Origin: Paraspadella gotoi
Taxonomy: Eukaryota; Animalia; Chaetognatha
Length of the DNA: 64,000 nt
NCBI GenBank assembly: GCA_051294375.1
Contig: CM119263.1
Location: 15,478,532-15,542,531 of the forward strand
Reading direction: 5' to 3'
A program made the translations under genes and the position numbers. The notes under the pieces are model-generated. The model was not told where the DNA came from and ran no database searches. It saw only the letters and a program-made list of their open reading frames with translations. Positions within the stretch are counted from its first letter, which is position 1. Every line of letters begins with the position of its first letter. Below are positions 54,830 to 64,000 of the stretch, piece by piece.

Positions 54830-57800
54830 TCAGGTGGTCGCAACGTAGTTTGTGTCCTCGAACATGGCCAGCGGATCGCTCCTCTTGCTCTCCGCGATTA
54901 CAGCAGGAGCCTAAGGGGATTTAAATTTTGCGTATTGATAATATTAATAAGCAAACTTATTAAAATTATCCTGCCTCGATCACCTGGACGTCGGGCGTAG
55001 CCGCCAAGGTGTGGCAGCAAAGCATTTGGTACTCGGAAGGTCCTCCCCTGTCCTGCTTAGGCGGCTTGTTACGCTCGTGACGAAGCCGCTTGCCGTCCGC
55101 GACCGCGTAGCGTCGCTCGGCGATCTCGGCCGCAATAGTGGAGTCATCTACCTTGAGTTGAGGCCGATTGGTGGAGGCAGGCTGTGGAGAAGGTGAGCGG
55201 GAGTCCTGGGGCGACAAAATAAACCAATGCAATTCATTAAACTATCTTTTCTTTAAGTATTAAAAGGTAATTATTTAATTTAAAAAATAGCCACTCCGTC
55301 GCTGTTTAACACAGTGGACGTGTCATAAAACCAATCTTAACTCTAGGTAGCACAGAAAGTTTTTGAATACCCTGCTTAATTAATGCAGTAAAGGATACAA
55401 CGGTTTTTATTGATTTATTGTATTTATTGATGACGAGCTAACTCATTGCCACATCTTAAAAAAAAAAACAAAAAAACAAAAAAACTACGACTAACGTCTT
55501 CCTCGTTTCCGTGGATGACTCGATCGATGGTCGTCTTCTTGGCGATGATCTTGTGACTCGGAAGTGACAAAGGATCGACCAGCACATCGTAGGGCACCAT
55601 GGGGTGTTGGTAAGTTTTAGGGTCGAAGATGTCCCAAGAATCAGGCTGGGGTAAGTCAAGGCGGGAAGATGTTGTCATTAAAAGTCACTTCCCCCATTTA
55701 CGCGTTGGACATATTCGAAAAGACCGGTGATCGTTTTTAATCAAATCATAAAGTCGCGATAGGATGTTTTAGCAACCAAGACGATACTCACTTGACCAAA
55801 AGTTCCGATGTACTCTCCCTCTAGAGTCCAGAGTCTCACGGTGCAATCCGACGAAGTCGTCAAAAGTAAATTGTGATTCTCGATCAGGTCCAAGCTGGGA
55901 GAAAAAAGAAAAGCAATAAAAAAAAAGAAAAGAAAAAGAACAACTATGGCTTCCAAGCCCCCTGCCCCTGATTGCCTCACCACGTGACGCCCTCGATGTG
56001 GGCTCGCCACGTGTTGAGGAGTTCGGGCGGCGCGGATTCGATGCCGGCGGCGCCGTATCCATCGACGTTCCAAAGATGGACGAAGCCGAAGTTGTCGCCG
56101 GTGGCGAGGAGCGTGTCGTCGGCGCCGAGGCACATCGTGTCGACGCTGGCGCCGGCGTGGAACGATCCGGGGTAAGACGCCATCAGGGACCCGCCCTGGG
56201 AAGAAGGAGGAAGTTGTTAGACTGTTTCAATTCTATTGAATAGCGATGATTATATGCAAAAATTGTAATTCAGTAAGAATGCTAACGATTATAATTATGA
56301 TATTAGGGGAACAAAAGAAATATATTAACTTTTAATTTCTTAACAACCCTGACTTGGTTTAATCAATTTTTTTCTCTCTAACTTTCCGAACCTGAAAAAC
56401 GTTCCAAAAATGGATGCAGCCCCTAGGACCTGAGGCGACGAGCGAAGCGGCCTCTTTTCTCGACGTCCGCGACTTCATGAAGAGCAGTTTATTGATGCTT
56501 AAGTCTCCGTCAGCTGACGAGGGTGCGATAAAAGGGGCCGACAGGGGGCGGGGAAAGTAGAGCGAAATAGATGGACATTGGACAAGAGACGTCATTTGTT
56601 TTAGTTCCGTTACGACGAAGAAACAATACAATAGTCCCGGCTGATCCGAGAGATTAGCAAGACCGGACGGACCGAAATATTGTTAGCGTCCGATTTTAAC
56701 ATTACAGTTGACAATTATCAATCACGATACTATTTTACTCTTTCCAGCGTTCGAGAAAGTTCAAGCTTCTTCGACGCAAGCGTAAAAAAACTACCTGGAA
56801 CTCTGTCAACCTCTTCCTCCAATTCATTTCCCTCTACTTTTTCGGATTTCAGATTCAAACCTTCGAAGAAATTGTTTATCGCGACTCCGGCGTCTCCCAA
56901 GTTTCCGCCATCTTGATTTTATTTTTAATCCGTGAAAAAAGAGGAAAAAAGCGAAGAGATGGCGAACAATTTTCAACACGGTGTTGTTTCCAATTGTATT
57001 ATCCATTATTTTTTTTATCCCTTTCTCAAATTCGAATATTCTAATTTATTGATTAATTGATTTTTCTTTCTTTCTTTTTTTCTTTTTTTCTTTTTTTCTT
57101 TTTTTCTTTTTTTTTCTTTTTTTCTTTTTCTTTATTTTTTCTTTCAATTTCTTTATTTCTTTATTTATCTTTATTTCTTTATTTTCTTTATTTCTTTATT
57201 TCTTTATTCTTTCTTTCTTATTTATTTTTTATTTATTTATTTATTTATTTATTATTATTTATTTATTTATTTATTTATTATTTATTTATTTTTTTATTTA
57301 TTATTTATTATTATTTATTTATTTATTTATTTATTGATTTATTTATTTATTTATTTATTATTTATTTCTTTCTTTCTTTTTTTCTTTTCTTTTCTTTTCT
57401 TTTCTTTCTCTCTCCAGACATTGGAAACCCTCACCAAAATGCCCCGTTCCCTCGATTGTCTCTTCCTTCAAATCGCTGAGCCCAGCCAACGACGAGCCTT
57501 CGTCAGCGCCTTCGTCGTCGTCGTCGTCGTCTTCCCACACTGTCTCCGTGAGAAAAACCGGCTTCGATTTGTTGTCATGCGACTTTTGACGCATCGGCGT
57601 TCCCGGTTGTTTCCAATCGGCGTCGTCTAGAGAGGCGCGCCTCGAAACCGGCGCCGTCCGCGTCCCTGGCATCGCGAAGCCGGCGCGCAGAGACGGGACG
57701 TCGGAATCTTGATTGACTGATTGGTTTCTCGAAAGAAATGACGGACGCCTGGAGACTGGCGCGGTCTTGGGGCTCTTCACTTTTTCCGACCTAACATCGA

Positions 57801-60619
57801 GGTCGGGGGATTGACGCCGTGATTTTGTGTTGCCGTTTCTCGAGGCCTGACGGGACGTCAAACGGGCGGATTCATGACCTCCAGTCGCCTCTATCACCGC
57901 GCCCCTCGTTAAAGACGCCGCAACCCACTCTAATCCTTGGTCCACTGCGTTCGAGGTTTGACGAGCATCGAATGGCAGAGATATAGGGACGGCTTCGTGT
58001 AAGAGTTCGGTCGCGCTGCCTTTTGTTTTCTTACCCAACATTTTTCTGTTTTTGCTTTCTCGTCCAAAACTCTTGGCACCGCCAGCTTTCAAATTTCGCG
58101 AGGCAAAATGAAGAAAAAGCGCGAGTTGAACAAAAGGGAAGTCCGGTCAAAAATAAAAGAGTATGACTATAAATTTTATATAAATCAGCATTTGTGAATA
58201 CTTGCGCTTACGTTTTTTAGTACACATTACTCAAAAAAGGTACGTAATTAACGCATAACCTAATAATGTATATTGTTTACCCAATTTAAAACAGAACTGT
58301 TATTTCAAATAAAAAAATATTTGAGACTTACCGGAGTGATGTTGATATCCCTGTGGATGAGGGGACAACAAGCGACAGTATATGTGACCGGAAATGATGT
58401 TCCAAACGATTATCTCCCCATCGTACGAGGAAGTCGCCAACAGATTCGGGGGACACTGTGCTATGGAGAGGATGTCCTCCCGATGGCCGTGTTTCTGAGG
58501 TTGGGAAGGAGAGACGCCAAGACAAGGGGACAAAAGTGGGGTAAAAGACAAAGGGAATTAAGCGACTTCTAATAAATGTTTTTTTTTGCAAAAAACAGTC
58601 GAGAAAGATTTATTTATTTCATAACAGTCGGGATAGATTTATTTCCTTCTTCGTCGACGTTTGTGCTCCGCGGATGAAGAAAGAAAAAAAAATCCCTCGG
58701 CAATTTTTGTCGTTTCTGCGCAGTTGGTTTTTTTCTCCACAACAAAATAAATAATAATAATAAATAAATAAATAAATAAATAATAATAATTATGAACAGA
58801 AAACGAAATTTACCTTCTGCGGAGGCAGGAAGAAAGAAAAAAGAACAAAACATGATACTTATGACTTTGAAAAAAAATTATATCTTTATAACAAAATACA
58901 TTTTTAGATTTAATAAAAAAACTAATGATTTTAACTTACTTTATCATCGTCCCAAATCTTGAGTGGAAATTGAACACTAGTTATTTCTTCGCTCGTATCG
59001 GGGTAAATGTTGATGCATCGATCCCAGCCCACGGCAATCACGTATCTTTCAAAAGTGGTTAAAGCCAATAATAATTTATTTACATAATATACCGATGCCA
59101 ATCCAAATTTCCATTTTGCAAGTACATCCTTCTCAAGAATCGGTAGAGTCTCTACTAGTCTAACAGCTCAACGTAATTTATTATTCACCGATTTCTATTC
59201 ATTTCAACGTAAGTGACTGCCGTGATCTCGTCATTGTTGACCTCCTTCTCCAGAGTTTTGAGGCAGTGGCCGTTGTTGAAATTCCAGATGTGAATTCTGC
59301 CGTCGCGTCCGCCGGTGATGAGACGGCGTCCTGGTGTAGTTACATATGTTCGTACATGTTGCACTTTCAAATGAGATTTTATGGCAACAGCCGGGTTGCC
59401 TGTTATGCCCATTGGGATGGGGCATCTCACTGTTGGCTTTGGGGGCTTCCGACCCTCAGTGACGCCTCCAGTCACTGGCGCGGTTACCCTAGGACGGTCT
59501 CGCTTTGCCAACGCAGAGGGAAGTCGTTAGGACTGTGGATGGAACACTACGCCTGGGATGGTGTGTTCCCCCTCTGAGCCAATGGATTTGGCTGACGGAT
59601 GGTGGACGTGAGGCGGTGTGAATATACCGCCACAATTTCCTTTTTTTAATCACGATCTCACCCGTATTGTCAAACGCCATGGCGGTGATGGCGGAGTTAC
59701 CATGTGCGCCGCCATATTCGAAAATCGGTTGGCCGGTCTCCAAGTCCCAGATTTTTACGACCTGAATTGATAATTTTCCAAGTAAAAAATGGTATTTAGT
59801 CCTAGTGAATTCTAATAGCTAAAATATTTACTTTCATGAGCAATTTGCGACTTTTTTAGGGTGATATCATACTGCCTCGGCAATAATCTTTTTATCGATT
59901 TAACGGCGTCAAGAAAATGGGAAACTCAATTGAACTAAACTTAACAACATTGTATCCCTTTCTGATTCACGTGACAAGTTGCATCGCGCGACTCGAAAAT
60001 AGAGAAGCAAGAACAAGGGAGGGAGTCGCTGTCCCTTTCATCACTGGATGCGCGGATTGAATATATTCATCGGAGCGGAACGGAGCGAGAGAGAGAGAGA
60101 CACACACACAACAACGGAACCGTTCCACCATCCGCCCCAATGGAATTAGAGAGACGGAGATTAAAAAAAAAAAAGAGACTTTCTTGGTCTGGGTTTTTTA
60201 ACCATCGATCCGAGACTTTGAAGCCGAATCTACCAAATCTATAATATATATTGATCACTATAATCAAGATTTAAGATTGTATTTACCGATCCGTCCGAGC
60301 AGGTTATGACTTGTTTAAAACTGGCGTTGTACTTGCAACAATGAATTGGTTCCTTGTGCGAAATTATCACTTCCGTCTTTTTGAAGTATCTGTTTTTAAT
60401 AAAAGTCGTTTTCATGTTTCTACCAACTAAATTAAAGGATAAAATTTCTTTTAAAATTATGTCACACCTGAGTTTAAGCGTGAGAAGTGAGATTTGGTCA
60501 GTGGCGATGACGAGTCCCCTCGTTTGACTCGAAAAGTGACAAGCGTGAAGATCACCACGAATTTTGTGAGCTTTGGGACGGATAGACAACAGGCAGTTCT
60601 GGTCGGAAATGTCCCAGAC
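54830..60619 (-). CDS. WDR49: WD40-repeat protein, WDR49/WDY-like (3' part; N-terminal exons not found in window). Exons: 60468-60619, 60287-60389, 59662-59761, 59189-59330, 58940-59045, 58332-58494, 57435-58085, 56795-56911, 56392-56513, 55981-56195, 55792-55894, 55496-55645, 54984-55205, 54830-54910
   Basis: Manual GT-AG splicing keeps the frame through all junctions. Clear WD repeats: VWDISDQNCLLSI, SHKEPIHCCKYNASFKQVITCSDGSVVKIWDLETG, AHGNSAITAMAFDNTGRRLITGGRDGRIHIWNFNNG, GHREDILSIAQCPPNLLATSSYDGEIIVWN, WRAHIEGVTCLDL...LLTTSSDCTVRLWT. The WD40 call is secure; the WDR49 assignment is from remembered family similarity, not a search. Confidence 0.85.
59380..59634. mobile_element. 255-bp structured insertion, family A (solo-LTR/TRIM-like or Ginger-type MITE), inside a WDR49 intron
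   Basis: Termini TATGGC...GCCACA flanked by direct repeat ATTT (59376-59379, 59635-59638). GC-rich, many hairpins. Confidence 0.7.
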
Positions 60620-61541
60620 CTAAAAGGAAATTGGGAGTAAAAGTTTTGATCAGTGTTTGGCGGGACAATGCATCGAAACTGCAGCCAAGAGCCATTCGCA
60701 AGAAGACGAAAAAAATTATTCGCAGAAAAAAAAAAAAAGCATGAATACTAAATAAAGAAAACGGATGTACCATAGGGTGAAAAGATTGAGCGATGGAACA
60801 ATATTTTTTTGCTGCCTTTGTATAAGTAATAAAAAATAATTAAGCCCATTTTGAAAAAAAAAACAACATTTGCATAATAGTATCATAAATTGAATTTTCT
60901 TTATAGTAATATTCTTATAAAATCATAAAGTTTCAAAATAATAATTTTTAATTTTAAGAACAGTTAAGGATTCGCCGGAAAAAAATAAAAAACTTAAAAT
61001 ATGTTTTATAATGTTTTTATGTTAAACTGCTAAAAATGATTAAAACGTTCCATCATATAATAGTTTTTTTCGTTTTTATGGGCGAAGACATAACATGTCT
61101 TATATTTCTTGTCTAACTTTTTTATGAGGATATTATAAATATATTGTATTTTATGATACTGTTCCCCAAACAATATGAGCAAAATATTTTTTGTACTCGA
61201 TAATCATAGTATCTCACGTCTAAATATCCTTGTTTGTTCACTCAAATAAAATTTGTATTCCCGAGAGCTATACTCCAATATACAATCTTCCTAAAATCGT
61301 TTTTGCTCTGGGTCAGCAATTTTTTTTGTTTTGTTTTGTTTGTTTTTCATTGTCTTGAGAAAAAAGGAGCATCGTATCCATAATGAATTATGTCCGTCAG
61401 AAAATAACTTTCTGCCTGCGGGTTCACGAAACAGAATATGAGATTGGAAGGTAAAAGGAAGTTGAAAGATGTGGAGAAAAAGGAAGAAAGAAAGAGAGGG
61501 AGGGAGGGAGGGAGGGAGGGAGGAAGGGAGGAGGGGAGGGA

Positions 61542-61580
<39 letters not shown>

Positions 61581-62558
61581 AGAGAGAGAAAGAAAGAGAG
61601 AGAAGAGAGAGAGTGCGTCAAATTAAATTAAAAAAAAAACCAACGGATGGAATGCAAACAAATCTAGCAGAAAAAAAAAATTTTGAGAAAAAAAGTTTAC
61701 AAAAAATAGAATTTTACTGAGTAATCCAAAATATAAATAAGAAATGGGCCATTATATTAATTTAGATAATTGCCGAAAGAAGCGAGAAGTGAGAATTTTT
61801 AATTCCAATTTTAACCGGATTAAGTCTGGGTAATTCAATTCCCCAGTAATTTTATCCAAAAAAAAAATTACTTTGGCGAATAACTTTGTCTCTAAAACGA
61901 GTCGCTTCCTTCTATTTCTCGGCATTCGCCCTTTATAATCGACTTGGCCGCCTCTCGGATTTCCCCTTTTTGTCGAACTCTTTTTGGTTTCCGCTTTTTC
62001 CACCGCTCGCTCCTACGCTTATCCTTTGAAGAGACAATATCCATTTCTCGCTTTCGCTTCACAACTAAACCCCAAACTCGATTTTTCGCACGATAACATT
62101 CCTAGATCTATTTTATACTATTTTATCCTTTCGCTCTGATTTCATCTTTACAATTTTCATTTTCAAAACCTAATTAAATAATTTAAACAAAAGTTTAAAA
62201 TATTTACCTATTTCAATTTCAAATCTTGTGACCTTTCTTCCGTAACAATTATTGTCTGAAGACCAGACGCCCCAACCCCTTTTTTTCCCCAAACGAAAAC
62301 GTTGGTTCTTCTCTTCGTCGTTATCGTCGTCGTCGTCGCTAGCTCTTGAAGACCGCAGCACCAGCCGCTCTCAGACGCCGCAGCTTTCGTCTCCCCCCCT
62401 TCCCATACCCCGTCGCCGCAGCCACGAATCGCTCGGGCGCCCAACTGCGCGCCCGTTAACGGCTCACGCGCCCGGGATACGGCGTTGCATGAGGCTGCGT
62501 CGGCGGAAGCTGCTGCCGCGTCGGCGTTCGTCGAGGCCCAGTGAAGGCCGCACGCGGT

Positions 62559-62682
62559 GAAGAAGAAGAAGAAGAAGTGAAAGAAAAAGATGAAAGTAGA
62601 GAAGAACGAGAAGAACGAGAAGCAGAAGAAGAAGAAGAAGAAGAAGAAGAAGAAGAAGAAGAAGAAGAAGAAGAAGAAGAAG
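62559..62682. repeat. (GAA)n-rich tract
   Basis: Read directly. Confidence 0.9.
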
Positions 62683-63023
62683 AGCGATAGGATGGAACAA
62701 CAAGCAGGAGTTCAACGAAAAAAAAAAGCGGGTCCCTTTAGAGATAAAAACTCGTCGGACGTGAAACGTTTTTATGATTTTGGCGAAAAAGAAACGACCA
62801 ACGTTGGTGACGTCGAATAATCTACATTCGCGCGAAAAAAAACAAAAAAAAACGCCATCGCGTTTCCTTTTTAAATTCAATTTTTATTATTTAATTTTTA
62901 GTTTCACAAAACCGCCATTTTTTCTTCTTGGTCGATTCCGTTTGGAAATACGATTCGAGAAAGATAATCTCGACCAAAGCCAAACGGACACCATCGAGAG
63001 AATTGATAATCTCATAAATCTTA

Positions 63024-63063
<40 letters not shown>

Positions 63064-64000
63064 CTCTCTCTCTCTCTCTCTCTCTCAAACATAATTCGGT
63101 CCAAAATTTTTGTCAGATATAACTAATATTAAACTTTCATTCAAACAGACTCATGAAATGATTCTGCAGCAAAACAAAAGCACATAGATGCGTTAACGAG
63201 CCATTTCAATCACCGACTCATAAGTTTCTTCTAAAAAAAAAAAGGAAGATGCATTCGCGAAAACTCTCGCTTTTCGTCTTCTTTTTGTTCGGAGTCTTCA
63301 ACTTGTCCCAAGAAAAGAAAGTGAAACCGTTAGAGAGTTTCACGGTGAAAGTCTGCCAGGACGTCACGGCCAACAACATCCAGAGCCTCAAAGACGTTCG
63401 TTTTTACCCGAATTTCAAATCGGAGTGAAATGAAAAAAATCATTATATATATTATTACTCTTAACTGACTCAAAATGATTCATATTTGATCATTTCATTA
63501 GTTAGTAAAATTCCCTGACGTTTATGTTCCTATATAACAAATTGAGAATACTTTACATCATAACAACTGGTGCGCTTGCTTTCCAGCAGCTTTTTTTTGC
63601 AGAATTTCTCCCTTTTTTTTGATAATTCAATTTGAAACTCATTGTGAAAAAAAGTTAGACGAATATTATAATTTATTTTATATTCATTATTTAGTATAAT
63701 ACCTGGGGAGCATGAAAAAAAACTTTCATTAATATATTTCAAGGTTTAGTGAGGTAACAGGCACTTGCCAGATCAATGCTCTTTTTCATTTTCTTTCAAA
63801 GCTAAAATTTTTATTTTCTATAGGTTTTAACTAGAAAAAACTATAAAATGGAAAGGGCTGCGAAAAAGTTTTTTACATTTTGATTGCACAGACACATACT
63901 TTATTGTCTATTTTTAAAAATTTAATTTTATTTAATAAAAATATGTAAGGTGCTATTCAAATTCAAACTAAGAAACTAAGCAAGCTGGACTACTGGGAGT

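Noticed and set aside
59185-59511. 108-aa ORF read as a single exon
   Set aside because: Only 59189-59330 is exonic; the remainder is read-through into the intronic element.
59560-59634. HDV-like ribozyme suggested by CCTCACGT on the minus strand
   Set aside because: No P3 pairing or P1/P2 double pseudoknot could be built.
59380-59634. Introner-type intron-creating element
   Set aside because: The splice sites lie outside the element, so it inserted into an existing intron.

Overview
Eukaryotic, intron-rich, probably animal genomic DNA from a gapped assembly (three 25-N gaps and one 151-N gap). It is AT-rich, not CpG-depleted, and dense in (AG)n, (GAC)n and (TCAA)n microsatellites. The style resembles homoscleromorph sponge (Oscarella-like) genomes, but that is only an impression. 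Nearly all ORF-track entries are spurious microsatellite read-throughs. Genes I can build by hand, all on the minus strand: the 3' part of a WDR49-like WD40 gene (54830-60619, 14 phase-consistent exons), an orphan secreted protein (~51924-54320), an orphan membrane-anchored protein (50546-51735) and a small Cys-rich secreted protein (~39211-39847). The rest of 1-50 kb is almost gene-free and holds a ~2.7 kb forward-reverse-forward triplication that is probably a gap-filling artefact. The most interesting signal is a class of tiny (136-255 bp) non-coding insertions with TG/TA...CA termini and exact 4-bp target-site duplications. One family (45625-45760, 59380-59634) keeps terminal hairpins through compensatory base changes. 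The other (50842-51001, 52056-52307) carries a tRNA-like Pol III head together with its upstream sequence inside the mobile unit.
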